Assembly (NCBI GenBank): GCA_964596735.1
Contig: CAZQVF010000005.1
Location: 13,328 to 77,327 of the forward strand
Length of the DNA stretch: 64,000 nt
DNA from: an uncultured Gammaproteobacteria bacterium
GTDB lineage: Bacteria; Patescibacteriota; Patescibacteriia; UBA2591; UBA6264
Direction of reading: 5' to 3'
Of this stretch, positions 55,084-64,000 are shown piece by piece. The notes beneath the pieces are model-generated. The model was not told the DNA's origin. It did not search any database and saw only the letters and a list, made by a program, of their open reading frames with translations. Position numbers and translations under genes: made by a program. The stretch's first letter is position 1; each line of letters starts with the position of its first letter.

Positions 55084-56823
55084 TTAATGTTGTCCAGGGG
55101 GTAAAATTTTAACCCCCTGCTTTTTATTTTGTGAATATTTAGTGTGGCAAACTAAATGAATCTTTTCCTTTTCGTTTAAAAATTCTTTATAAACTTTTTG
55201 AACAACCGGATTTTGGTGTGCTGATCTAATATTTTTTCTTTGATCAACCTTGTACAAACCCTTAGCCCGACTCGCTCTGATTTCTGAATCAACCGGGACC
55301 GGCTGACCTCCTCCACCAACACAGCCTCCAGGACAGGCCATTACCTCAATATAATCATAAGCAGGAGAATCACTTTTTAGCTCTTTTAAAATCCTTTTGG
55401 CTTGACCAATACCATTAATTACAGCTATTTTAAGGATATGATTCTTAATCTTAATCTTGGCTCTTTTAACTCCATCCATTCCTCGAACCTGTTCAAATTC
55501 TAATCTTTTTAAAGGCTTATTTGTTATTTTTTCTACTACTGTTCTCAGGGCAGATTCCATTACCCCACCTGTTGCCCCGTAGATAACACCAGCTCCTGAA
55601 GGAAAGCCCAAGGGTGTATCCAGCTTTTGAGGAACAAGTTTTTTTAAATCAATCTTTCTCTTTTTTAAGAGACTGGCTAATTCCCTGGTTGTTAAAACAT
55701 AATCTACCGGCAACAAACCATTAATTTTCAGCTCTTTTCTAGCAATTTCGTGTTTTTTGGCTACACAAGGCATAATAGAGACAACAATAATTTTCTTTGG
55801 GTCGATGCCTTGTTTTTTAGCCCAAAAAGTTTTTATTAAACCTCCCAAAATTATATGTGGCGAGCGAACAGTGGTCAGATTTGGAATAAATTCAGGGAAA
55901 TAAAATTCAACAAATTTTACCCAAGCAGGGCAACAAGATGTAAACATGGGCAACCTTCCTTTTCCTTTTAACCTTTTAGTAAATTCCTCTGCTTCTTCGA
56001 CTGTAGTAAAATCCGCTCCTACGCTTACATCAAAAACTTTTTCTACACCAAGTTTTTTTATCCCAGCCGCCAACTTTTCAGTAATAAGCGTGCCTAAAGA
56101 AATATCAAACTCCTCGCCAATACTTGTTCTAATTGAAGGAGCAAATTGAACAACAACTAATTTATCTTTTTGTTGAAAAGGTTTTTCAATTTCTTCAAAT
56201 TCTCCAACCCCTTCAAAAGCTCCAGCCGGACAATGAACAATACACTGTCCACAATAAATACAATCCTTATTTTTATCTTTAGTAGGTAATATTTTTGTAT
56301 GTACTCCCCTGTTTTTCATTTCTAAAAAACCGACTCCTTGTTTTTCACACATTTCAACACAATTATAACAATCGATGCACTTGGAAGAATCAAAAATAAG
56401 AGAATTCCCAAATCGATAAACTAGAAAATCTTTTTTCCTGTCAATAAATCGATTAGTCTTGAGTCGCTGTTTCTTTGCTAGTTTTAAAAGCTGACAACGG
56501 GCCTCCCAAACACAGTCATTACATTCTTCAAAATGTTGAGCAAAAATTAATTCTAAATTGATTCTTCTTGCTCTCCTAATTCTTGGTGTGTCAGTCATAA
56601 TTTCCATGCCTGGCTTAACTTTAGTGGAACAAGATGTTTGTAAGTCTTTAATGCCTTTTATTTTAACAATACAAATACAACAATTAGACTTTATCTCTAA
56701 ATCTGAATGATAACAAAATGCTGGAATTTCAATCCCATGTTTTTTAGCCACTTGAAAAACTGTCTGCCCCTCAAAAGCCTGGACTTTCTTTCCGTTAATG
56801 GTTATTTGAAATCTTTTATTCAT
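55084..56823 (-). CDS. hydA: [FeFe]-hydrogenase catalytic subunit HydA (M3-type, with N-terminal 2Fe-2S and two 4Fe-4S ferredoxin domains)
   Basis: H-cluster motifs L1 TSCCPAW, L2 MPCVAKKHE, L3 EVMACPGGCVGGGGQP; ferredoxin motifs CIDCYNCVEMC and CIYCGQCIVHCP. Confidence 0.8.
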   Translation of the reverse strand: MNKRFQITINGKKVQAFEGQTVFQVAKKHGIEIPAFCYHSDLEIKSNCCICIVKIKGIKDLQTSCSTKVKPGMEIMTDTPRIRRARRINLELIFAQHFEECNDCVWEARCQLLKLAKKQRLKTNRFIDRKKDFLVYRFGNSLIFDSSKCIDCYNCVEMCEKQGVGFLEMKNRGVHTKILPTKDKNKDCIYCGQCIVHCPAGAFEGVGEFEEIEKPFQQKDKLVVVQFAPSIRTSIGEEFDISLGTLITEKLAAGIKKLGVEKVFDVSVGADFTTVEEAEEFTKRLKGKGRLPMFTSCCPAWVKFVEFYFPEFIPNLTTVRSPHIILGGLIKTFWAKKQGIDPKKIIVVSIMPCVAKKHEIARKELKINGLLPVDYVLTTRELASLLKKRKIDLKKLVPQKLDTPLGFPSGAGVIYGATGGVMESALRTVVEKITNKPLKRLEFEQVRGMDGVKRAKIKIKNHILKIAVINGIGQAKRILKELKSDSPAYDYIEVMACPGGCVGGGGQPVPVDSEIRASRAKGLYKVDQRKNIRSAHQNPVVQKVYKEFLNEKEKIHLVCHTKYSQNKKQGVKILPPGQH

Positions 56824-57809
56824 TTAGGTTGAATAACCTTTTTAATTAAAGTTGTAAAGGGCAAAGCCACATTTTTCCCAAAAGGACAAAAGCTGGTTTG
56901 ATCTAAGACAAATAATAAATCCCTAAGTGTTCTCTTGTCAATTTGTCTTTGATTTAAAATTTGCCTAACACGGTAAACCCCTTCTCTGCAAGGAACACAT
57001 TTTCCACAATTCTCTTTAAAAAAGAAATCAATCCATTTTTTCATTAAAAAATTTGGATTAGTTTTTCTAAGATTATAAACAAAAATTGTCCCGACTCCGC
57101 CTACTTTTTGGTTTAACTCCTTTAAGAGTAAAATGCGACCACTAGCTCCTCCTCCTGCCTGAACAAAAAAATCAAAGTTAGGCCAATTGTCTGTTTTTTT
57201 TAAAATCTGTTTCACGCTCAATCTTTCTGATAACTCATAAACATCTGGATTCTTTACCTTATTTAAAGAATAAAAGCGCGTTTTCTTGTACTTATTTTGG
57301 ATAATTTGCGCTATATAATAAAAAGTTTCTACATTGTTGACTAAAGTAGGATAACCCCAAAGTCCTTTTTCAGGCGGATATGGCGGGCGAGCCTGAGGGA
57401 TAGGATCTTTTCCTTCTAATGTTTGAATTAAAGTAGTTTCTTCTCCGCAAAGATACCCGGCTTGTTTTTTAAAAATCTTTATGGATAAATTATTAACTTT
57501 AATAATTTTTTCTAATGATGCTTTAAATTTTTGATAATAATCTTTACGAAGATAAATATAAGCTGAACTATGATCAATGGTTTTTAAAGCAATTTCGATT
57601 CCTTTGATTAATTCCTCTGGATAATTATGAAGAATAAAACCATCTTTAAATGTCCCTGGTTCTCCTTCAGATCCGTTACAAATAATATATTTCTTCTTCG
57701 CTGAAACCCTTTTAACCATTCCCCACTTTAAGCCAGTAGGAAATTCTGCTCCACCTCGTCCGGTTAAGCCAGAATCTTTTATTTTTTCAATTACATTTTG
57801 AGGACTCAT
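56820..57809 (-). CDS. NuoF-like NAD(P)H-binding flavoprotein subunit (HydB-like partner of the hydrogenase), short form
   Basis: GRGGAEFPTGLKW (NuoF FMN/NADH motif) and a C-terminal 4Fe-4S Cys cluster (CGKCVPCREG). Overlaps the hydA start. Confidence 0.7.
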   Translation of the reverse strand: MSPQNVIEKIKDSGLTGRGGAEFPTGLKWGMVKRVSAKKKYIICNGSEGEPGTFKDGFILHNYPEELIKGIEIALKTIDHSSAYIYLRKDYYQKFKASLEKIIKVNNLSIKIFKKQAGYLCGEETTLIQTLEGKDPIPQARPPYPPEKGLWGYPTLVNNVETFYYIAQIIQNKYKKTRFYSLNKVKNPDVYELSERLSVKQILKKTDNWPNFDFFVQAGGGASGRILLLKELNQKVGGVGTIFVYNLRKTNPNFLMKKWIDFFFKENCGKCVPCREGVYRVRQILNQRQIDKRTLRDLLFVLDQTSFCPFGKNVALPFTTLIKKVIQPK

Positions 57810-57863
57810 AGATTAGTTGAAAGTTAAGTGGTCGTCATCGGGGTGCCCGGAATCGAACCCGGG

Positions 57864-58727
57864 TCAAATATTTTCGATTTCTAATTCTAAAATTTCTGAA
57901 AGACGATTCACAGGAAATAAATCCTTAGGATATATTTCTATTAATTTAAGATTGCATTTTTTACAAATATTTTGTTTTTCCCTAACTAATTCGTCATATC
58001 TTTTTATTGCTCCAATTAGTCCAAAAAATTCTATAATAGTATCTTTAACGACAAAATCGGCTGTTAAAGACTTGTTTTGAGGATAAGGAACATTTCTTTT
58101 GTGCTTAATATTCTTACTAAGAAGCCAATCATCTATTATTTTTTCAGAAAAAGAATCGCATTTATGACCATCTTTGGCAATAAATTTTTTAGCAAACAAA
58201 ACTGGGTTAGGTTCAAACCCAGCGGATTTAACAGCCTTATTCCATGTCCCGAATCTTAGTCTCGCTGCATCATAATGATGATATTCTCTTTTAACAGGAA
58301 TTCTTTTTTCGCGCTTATAAAATGCTTTTATTTCATTGGTAATCTGCTTACTACTTACTACTATTTTAGAATTTATTAAATTGTAACAAGATTTTGAACA
58401 ACATTTTCGTTCACCAAAAAACTCTTTACCACAATTAATACATGTCTTACTTTTTCTCCTTTTTTGATTACTTACAATAGCAGCACAAGATTGGGAACAA
58501 AAAACCATGCCCGTTCTCGATTTTCTAATTTCAGAAGGCGGACGAATTACTATTCTGTTGCATACAGGATTTGCACAAATTCTTCTGACACTCCTGATTC
58601 GATCTTTCTTTAAACACTTTTGAGAGCAATACTGTTTCCAACCAAATTTTTTAGCTTCATTTACTCGCCCCACTGTTCTAAAAAATTTTTGACCACAAAA
58701 GGCACAATTAATTTTAACTAAATTCAT
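57864..58727 (-). CDS. Multi-zinc-ribbon protein with a homing-endonuclease-associated-repeat-like segment and a Vsr/DUF559-like nuclease-like C-terminus
   Basis: Several CxxC...CxxC pairs; YDAARLRFGTWNKAVKSAGF resembles the HEAR motif; C-terminal ...TADFVVKDTIIEFFG is PD-(D/E)xK-like. Confidence 0.3.
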   Translation of the reverse strand: MNLVKINCAFCGQKFFRTVGRVNEAKKFGWKQYCSQKCLKKDRIRSVRRICANPVCNRIVIRPPSEIRKSRTGMVFCSQSCAAIVSNQKRRKSKTCINCGKEFFGERKCCSKSCYNLINSKIVVSSKQITNEIKAFYKREKRIPVKREYHHYDAARLRFGTWNKAVKSAGFEPNPVLFAKKFIAKDGHKCDSFSEKIIDDWLLSKNIKHKRNVPYPQNKSLTADFVVKDTIIEFFGLIGAIKRYDELVREKQNICKKCNLKLIEIYPKDLFPVNRLSEILELEIENI

Positions 58728-58741
58728 AAAAATATTTAATA

Positions 58742-58815
58742 TCGGGCTGGCCGGCTCCGCCCCGGCGACCTCATCTCCCCCAGAGATGCGCGCTAACTAA
58801 CTGCGCCACAGCCCG
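58742..58815 (-). tRNA. tRNA-Pro (anticodon GGG) with non-canonical D- and T-loops
   Basis: Perfect 74-nt cloverleaf on the minus strand: CGGGCTG-TG-GCGC-AGTTAGTTA-GCGC-G-CATCT-CTGGGGG-AGATG-AGGTC-GCCGG-GGCGGAG-CCGGC-CAGCCCG-A. U8, A14, G19-C56, G53-C61, U33 and G37 are conserved; positions 54/55 are GG instead of T-psi; the D-stem GCGC/GCGC matches bacterial tRNA-Pro. It is a GC-rich island in AT-rich DNA. Confidence 0.55.
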
Positions 58816-58826
58816 ACATTCAAAAT

Positions 58827-59006
58827 CTAAACTCCAAAATTCTTTTTCAAAGATTTTAAACACTTGGTACAAATCTTTATCCTCTTGCCAGATATCTTTT
58901 TTGTCTGTAAATTTAAATATTGTCGCCTTTTTGTGGCGATATTTGAATGGGACCTGGTAAAGCTTGTTTGTGGACCACGTCCACAAATTGAACAACGTCT
59001 TGCCAT
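58827..59006 (-). CDS. rpmB: 50S ribosomal protein L28
   Basis: MARRCSICGRGPQTSFTRSHSNIATKRRQYLNLQ... matches the L28 family. The ORF track gives 58827-59054; the start is placed at the conserved Met (59006). Confidence 0.7.
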   Translation of the reverse strand: MARRCSICGRGPQTSFTRSHSNIATKRRQYLNLQTKKISGKRIKICTKCLKSLKKNFGV

Positions 59007-59040
59007 AATCGTATCTTTTAAATATTTTAATTTAGTATAT

Positions 59041-59149
59041 AAGAACCTGCTCACTTCGTTCGCAGAACCTTGAAATTAAATATTTATTGTATAAAATATT
59101 AATGTACTTCAATTATAATATATTAACATTTTAAACTTATTTAGCAAGT
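59041..59149 (+). promoter_or_regulatory. Promoter cassette copy upstream of the M50 peptidase gene
   Basis: AAGAACCTGCTCACTTCGTTCGCAGAACCTTGAAATTAAATATTTATTGTATAAAATATTAATGTACTTCAATTATAATA... Confidence 0.5.
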
Positions 59150-59758
59150 ATGACTAAACTTTTTATTTATATCATCATTATTCTCTCTGCTGTTTTTCAT
59201 GAATATGCTCATGGTTGGGCAGCTTATCAGCTGGGGGATTCAACGGCCAAAGATGAAGGCCGTTTAACTTTAAATCCTCTTGTCCATTTAGACCCTATTG
59301 GAACAGTAATCCTTCCTCTTTTTTTATTATTTACCTCTGGAATGTTTCTTGGTTGGGCCAAGCCTGTTCCTTATAATCCTTATAATCTTCGAGACCTAAA
59401 ATACGGAACACTAAAGGTGGCGGCGGCTGGGCCAGGGGCTAATCTTTTAATTGCCTTAGTTGTTGGCCTTATATTAAGGCTCTTTCTGCCCGTCATCTCC
59501 AGCTATAGCATGTTTCTTCCGTTTTACCTTGGTTTTATTGTTTATGTTAATATATTTTTAGCTTTGTTTAATTTATTGCCCTTCCCTCCCCTTGATGGTT
59601 CAAAAATATTCGCTGACCTCTTCCCTGATCAATGGAAATATTTTATGCAATTAGGAATGATGGGGATTTTTATTGCTCTCTTTGTGGCCTTTTTTATACT
59701 TTCTCCTATTGCTAATTTTATTTTTAAAATAATTGTTGGGCAAGGATTTATATTTTAG
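59150..59758 (+). CDS. M50-family (site-2 protease-like) membrane metallopeptidase, small form
   Basis: HEYAHGWAA (HExxH) in TM1, multi-TM, LPFPPLDGS motif; 202 aa. Confidence 0.65.
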   Translation: MTKLFIYIIIILSAVFHEYAHGWAAYQLGDSTAKDEGRLTLNPLVHLDPIGTVILPLFLLFTSGMFLGWAKPVPYNPYNLRDLKYGTLKVAAAGPGANLLIALVVGLILRLFLPVISSYSMFLPFYLGFIVYVNIFLALFNLLPFPPLDGSKIFADLFPDQWKYFMQLGMMGIFIALFVAFFILSPIANFIFKIIVGQGFIF

Positions 59759-59820
59759 GCCTTGACTTTTAGAATAATTACTTTAAAATATTATTTACAA
59801 AGATTAAACTCTATTAATTT

Positions 59821-60282
59821 ATGCCAACGGTTAATCAATTAGTCCGTAAAGGAAGAAAAAAATCTAAGAAAAAATCAAAAACACCTGCTCTGCAGACTAC
59901 TTTTAACATTTTAAAGAGGAGAAGAAATGAAATAGCAAAGGGTCAACCATTTTTGCGTGGTGTTTGTTTAAAAGTTACTACACAAACTCCTAAAAAACCC
60001 AATTCTGCTTTACGGAAAATTGCCCGAGTAAGACTTTCTAATGGAATGGAGGTAACCGCCTATATTCCTGGAATTGGCCATAATTTACAAGAACATTCTG
60101 TGGTTTTACTTCGTGGCGGTCGAGTAAAAGATCTTCCCGGTGTCCGCTATCATGTCGTCCGTGGAGTTTATGATTCCGGGGGTGTTGAGAATAGAAAACA
60201 AAGTCGTAGCCTTTATGGAACAAAAAGGGATAAAGGAAAACAAAAAACAGAGAAAGAACAAGAAGAAAAAACTGAAACCTAA
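59821..60282 (+). CDS. rpsL: 30S ribosomal protein S12 with a C-terminal K/E-rich extension
   Basis: [12 protein letters not shown]...[10 protein letters not shown]...[15 protein letters not shown]. Confidence 0.9.
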   Translation: MPTVNQLVRKGRKKSKKKSKTPALQTTFNILKRRRNEIAKGQPFLRGVCLKVTTQTPKKPNSALRKIARVRLSNGMEVTAYIPGIGHNLQEHSVVLLRGGRVKDLPGVRYHVVRGVYDSGGVENRKQSRSLYGTKRDKGKQKTEKEQEEKTET

Positions 60283-60291
60283 TTTTATATT

Positions 60292-60762
60292 ATGCGTGGA
60301 AAACAGGCTCCAAAAAGAAAAATCAAATCCGACCCTAAATATCAGCTCCCTCAATTAGCTAAATTTATTAATTATATCATGAAAGGCGGTAAAAAAAATA
60401 CTGCAACAAAAATAGTTTATCAAGCATTAGACATTATTAAAGAAAAAAGTAAAGGAGACCCTTTAGAAATTTTCAAAAGAGCTATTGAAAACATTTCTCC
60501 TGTGGTAGAAGTGCGGTCGCGTCGAATTGGTGGAGCTAATTACCAAATTCCATATCCAACAAATGAATCTCGTCAATTTGTTTTAGCTTCACGATGGATT
60601 ATTGCCGCTGCTAAAGCCAAAAAGGGTAAAACCATGGCTGAAAAATTAGCAGAAGAACTTTTAGACGCGGCTGAAAAGCAAGGCTCTGCTATTAAGAAAA
60701 AAGAGGACGTTCATCGCATGGCTGAAGCCAACAAGGCCTTTGCTCACTTTGCAAGATACTAG
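60292..60762 (+). CDS. rpsG: 30S ribosomal protein S7
   Basis: Canonical S7 pattern; str-operon order rpsL-rpsG-fusA. Confidence 0.9.
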   Translation: MRGKQAPKRKIKSDPKYQLPQLAKFINYIMKGGKKNTATKIVYQALDIIKEKSKGDPLEIFKRAIENISPVVEVRSRRIGGANYQIPYPTNESRQFVLASRWIIAAAKAKKGKTMAEKLAEELLDAAEKQGSAIKKKEDVHRMAEANKAFAHFARY

Positions 60763-60767
60763 TAGTT

Positions 60768-62861
60768 ATGACTTCTGAATTTTCCTTAGAAAAAACTCGA
60801 AACATCGGCATTATTGCCCATATTGACGCCGGTAAGACTACTGTTACCGAGCGTATTTTATATTACACAGGAAAAAAACATAAAGTTGGTGAGGTGCATG
60901 AAGGACAAGCAGAAATGGATTGGATGGAACAGGAAAAAGAAAGAGGGGTAACAATAACATCAGCAGCAACAACTGTTTTTTGGACCCCTAATAAAGGCGA
61001 AGAAACTCGTATTAATATTATTGATACTCCTGGACATATTGATTTTACAGCTGAAGTACAAAGATCTTTAAGAATCCTTGACGGAGGCGTAGTTGTTTTC
61101 GATGGCGTTGCTGGAGTTGAACCACAATCAGAAACTGTTTATCATCAAGCTGAAAAATTTAAAATTCCTTTAATTGCTTTTATAAATAAAATGGATCGAA
61201 TGGGGGCTGATTTTTATGCTGACCTAGATTCAATTCATGAAAGATTAACGTCTAATGCCTATCCTGTTCAATTGCCAATTGGAGTTGAGGCAAATTTTAA
61301 AGGTGTTATTGATTTATTCACTCGTAAAGCAAGGTTCTACTTAGATGAAATGGGAGAAAACATTGAAGAAAGGGAGGTGCCAGCTGAATTAAAAGATAAA
61401 GTTGAAGAATATCGTCATAAATTAATTGAAACTATTGTTGAACATGATGAAAAATTAATGCATGGTTATTTGGATGGCAAAGAACCAGAAATAAATGAAT
61501 TAAAAAGAGTTTTACGTCAAGCAGTAATTCAAGGAAAATTAATCCCTGTTCTATGTGGTTCAGCCCTTAAAAATAAAGGGGTTCAATCATTACTAGACGC
61601 TATTTGTGAATACTTACCCTCTCCTTTAGATGTTCCCCCGGTAAAAGGAACTGTTCCTCGAACTGAAGAAAAAGAAATCAGAAAGGCAGACAAAAATGGA
61701 CCCTTTGCCGCTCTGTCTTTTAAAATAGCTACTGATCCTTATGTTGGTCGTCTTTGTTATGTTCGAGTTTATTCTGGGTCTTTAAATGCTGGATCATATA
61801 TTCTAAATACTACTACTGGCAACAAAGAAAGAGTGGGCCGAATTGTTCAAATGCATGCTAACCAGAGAAAAGAACTTAAACAGGTCTATGCTGGAGAAAT
61901 TGCCGCCATTGTCGGGATTAAAAATACCAGCACGGGAGATACTCTTTGTGACCCAGATCATCCTATCATTTTAGAATCTATTACCTTTCCTGATCCAGTT
62001 ATTTCTGTGGCTATTGAGCCAAAAACAAAATCAGATCAAGAAAAAATGGGTCAAGCTATTACTAAATTAGTAGAAGAAGATCCTACTTTTAAAGTAAAAA
62101 GTGATGAAGAAACCGGACAGACAATTATCTCAGGGATGGGTGAATTACACTTAGAAATTATTGTTGATCGCTTAAGTCGTGAGTTTAATGTTCATGCTAA
62201 CGTTGGTCAACCAAGAGTGGCTTATAAAGAAGCTATTACTGCCGACATTCAGGTTGAGGGAAAATATATTCATCAATCAGGCGGACGAGGTCAATATGGC
62301 CATTGTTGGCTTAAACTTGAACCAATGGAAAGGGGAAAAGGCTTTGAATTTGTTGATAAAATTAAGGGAGGAGCTATCCCCAGAGAATATGTTCCGGCTA
62401 TTAAAAAAGGTGTTATTGAATCAATGGAAGCCGGTGTTTTAGCGGGTTATCCAGTTGTTGATATGAAGGTAACTGTTTATGATGGTTCTTTTCATGAAGT
62501 CGACTCTTCAGAAGCCGCCTTTAAAATTGCTGCTAATCGAGCGATTCGTGATGGCGTACAACAAGCCAAGCCCATTCTCTTAGAACCTGTTATGAAAGTC
62601 GAGGTAGTTGTCCCTGAAAAATTCATGGGAGAAGTAATTGGCGATCTTAACTCTCGTAGAGCTCAAGTCCAAGGGACAAAAACCCGAGGACAGGTAAAAT
62701 TAGTTGATGCTTTAGTTCCCTTAGGAGAAATGTTTGGTTACACCACATCTTTACGATCATTGACTGAGGGTCGTGGAAGCTCAACTATGGAATTTTTTCA
62801 TTATGCTCCGGTACCTAAAAATGTTCAGGAAAATATTGTTGGAGAAAAAGTTGAAAAATAG
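60768..62861 (+). CDS. fusA: Elongation factor G
   Basis: G-domain motifs [18 protein letters not shown] and five EF-G domains; 697 aa. Confidence 0.9.
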   Translation: MTSEFSLEKTRNIGIIAHIDAGKTTVTERILYYTGKKHKVGEVHEGQAEMDWMEQEKERGVTITSAATTVFWTPNKGEETRINIIDTPGHIDFTAEVQRSLRILDGGVVVFDGVAGVEPQSETVYHQAEKFKIPLIAFINKMDRMGADFYADLDSIHERLTSNAYPVQLPIGVEANFKGVIDLFTRKARFYLDEMGENIEEREVPAELKDKVEEYRHKLIETIVEHDEKLMHGYLDGKEPEINELKRVLRQAVIQGKLIPVLCGSALKNKGVQSLLDAICEYLPSPLDVPPVKGTVPRTEEKEIRKADKNGPFAALSFKIATDPYVGRLCYVRVYSGSLNAGSYILNTTTGNKERVGRIVQMHANQRKELKQVYAGEIAAIVGIKNTSTGDTLCDPDHPIILESITFPDPVISVAIEPKTKSDQEKMGQAITKLVEEDPTFKVKSDEETGQTIISGMGELHLEIIVDRLSREFNVHANVGQPRVAYKEAITADIQVEGKYIHQSGGRGQYGHCWLKLEPMERGKGFEFVDKIKGGAIPREYVPAIKKGVIESMEAGVLAGYPVVDMKVTVYDGSFHEVDSSEAAFKIAANRAIRDGVQQAKPILLEPVMKVEVVVPEKFMGEVIGDLNSRRAQVQGTKTRGQVKLVDALVPLGEMFGYTTSLRSLTEGRGSSTMEFFHYAPVPKNVQENIVGEKVEK

Positions 62862-62908
62862 GAAAAATAAGCGATTTGACTTTTATTTTAAAAAGGGTAT
62901 ATTTAAGT

Positions 62909-63257
62909 GGGGGTGAAAGGAATCGACAGGAAGCCAGTGTTAAAGACAGCTTTTTGTCCTGAGAAAGACACAAAAATTCTCAAAAAACATAATTGCCAAC
63001 GAAAAGTTAGCATTTGCTGTAGCTTAAACAAGCTAAAGCCGTTAAGACTAAAGACTCCTCCTATTTAGTCATTGACGTCAATCTAGAAGGATCGACATTT
63101 TGGTTGCCTGGATCAAAATGTTTAAAAAATCAGGATAGAGTTTAAGAATTTTGTCTTGTTTCAATTCTAAAACTCAAATAGAACAAACAAGACTATAAAA
63201 GTAGACATTTTTAACAGCACTTTCTAGACGGGAGTTCGATTCTCCCCACCTCCACCA
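62909..63257 (+). ncRNA. ssrA: tmRNA (ssrA), 349 nt, predicted tag peptide ANEKLAFAVA
   Basis: 5' GGGGGTG pairs with 3' CACCTCC giving a G3-U70 wobble. tRNA-like T-arm GGGAG-TTCGATT-CTCCC, discriminator A and encoded CCA at 63255-63257. Internal resume codon GCC at 62995 then AAC GAA AAG TTA GCA TTT GCT GTA GCT TAA. smpB is in the window. Confidence 0.8.
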
Positions 63258-63289
63258 TCTAGTTAAGAATAAAAATTTTAAATTTAAAT

Positions 63290-63796
63290 TTGAAGTATTA
63301 TCGCCTTAACAATAAAATTACTGCTCCTCAGGTTTGTTTAATTAATGAAAAGGGAGAACATCTTGGCAATATTGATATTAATAAAGCCATGGAAATGGCT
63401 CGAGAAAAAGGATTAGACTTGGTAGAAATCGGGCCTAAGGCAAATCCACCAGTAGTAAAAATATTAGACTTTGGGCAATTCAAATATGACTCAAAAAAGA
63501 AAGATCGCGAACAGAAAAAACAAGGTAAAACAGGTCTAATCAAGGGTATTCGTTTAACGCCTCGTATTGGTAAACATGATTTAGAATTTCGGAGAAATAA
63601 AGCTAAGAGTTTTCTTGCCGAAGGTTATAAGGTAAAAATTGAAATGGTACTTAGGGGAAGAGAAAAGGCTCATTTTGACCTAGCTGAAGAAAAATTAAAA
63701 GAATTTATTGATTTTTTGAGCGAAGAAGCTAAGATTGAACAACAGCCCAAACGACAAGGAGCTCGCCTGACTGCCTTGATTTCCCCAATTAAATAA
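63290..63796 (+). CDS. infC: Translation initiation factor IF-3 (TTG start)
   Basis: INEKGEHLGNIDINKAMEMAREKGLDLVEI... is canonical IF-3. A non-AUG start is usual for infC. Followed by rpmI. Confidence 0.85.
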   Translation: MKYYRLNNKITAPQVCLINEKGEHLGNIDINKAMEMAREKGLDLVEIGPKANPPVVKILDFGQFKYDSKKKDREQKKQGKTGLIKGIRLTPRIGKHDLEFRRNKAKSFLAEGYKVKIEMVLRGREKAHFDLAEEKLKEFIDFLSEEAKIEQQPKRQGARLTALISPIK

Positions 63797-63802
63797 ATTT
63801 AA

Positions 63803-63997
63803 TTGCAAATTATGCAAAAAACACGCAAATCAATTGCTAAAAAATTAAAAATTACTAAAAATAAAAAATTCTTGCATCGCACCTGTGGGCAAAATCATTT
63901 TAATGTTCGTGATACAGGAAAAAAAACAAAAAATAAAAGAAAAAATAAACCATTGAGTAAGGGTTATAGAAAAACCCTTAAACAACATTTAAAATAA
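63803..63997 (+). CDS. rpmI: 50S ribosomal protein L35
   Basis: Small basic protein (MQKTRKSIAKKLKITKNKKFLHR...) in the infC-rpmI(-rplT) arrangement. Confidence 0.75.
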   Translation: MQIMQKTRKSIAKKLKITKNKKFLHRTCGQNHFNVRDTGKKTKNKRKNKPLSKGYRKTLKQHLK

Positions 63998-64000
63998 CTA

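Noticed and set aside
57835-57872. tRNA T-arm-like hairpin CCCGG-GTTCGATT-CCGGG on the minus strand between the zinc-ribbon gene and the NuoF-like gene
   Set aside because: 8-nt loop, no matching acceptor or other arms, no T-run. It is probably just a GC hairpin or a decayed tRNA remnant.
58771-58995. 74-aa minus-strand ORF overlapping rpmB and the tRNA-Pro region
   Set aside because: Alternative frame over rpmB and the GC-rich tRNA, with no similarity. rpmB and the tRNA explain the sequence.

Overview
This window is AT-rich, tightly packed bacterial DNA carrying mostly translation, replication and cell-envelope housekeeping genes. It has eukaryal/archaeal-type ProRS, GlyRS, IleRS and a short AspRS, plus an [FeFe]-hydrogenase, two MreB paralogues, a PilB-like ATPase and many small hypothetical proteins. 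By inference this gene content points to a Candidate Phyla Radiation (Patescibacteria)-like genome. I count about 70 CDS, tRNA-Cys(GCA), tRNA-Glu(TTC), an atypical tRNA-Pro(GGG) and a tmRNA. Two ribosomal-protein genes were absent from the ORF track: rpmH (12293..12430) and a shorter rpmB start. dnaA sits beside a putative oriC carrying DnaA-box-like 9-mers.

The most interesting locus is a small accessory island at about 17.2-21.0 kb that contains a complete diversity-generating retroelement (DGR). The RT carries the DGR-type LGxxxSQ...YGDD motifs. A 120-bp template repeat (TR) and a variable repeat (VR) at the 3' end of a 235-aa target gene differ at 15 internal positions, and all 15 are adenines of the TR coding strand. 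An Avd-like four-helix-bundle gene lies on the opposite strand. The island is flanked by tRNA 3'-end-like fragments, an HTH protein overlapping tRNA-Glu, and two orphan copies of a dispersed promoter cassette.

That cassette (AAGAACC-hairpin-CAGAACC-TTGAAA...TATAAA) recurs at six loci, usually 0-6 nt ahead of start codons, which implies leaderless or near-leaderless mRNAs. I found no CRISPR array, no rRNA and no obvious transposase.
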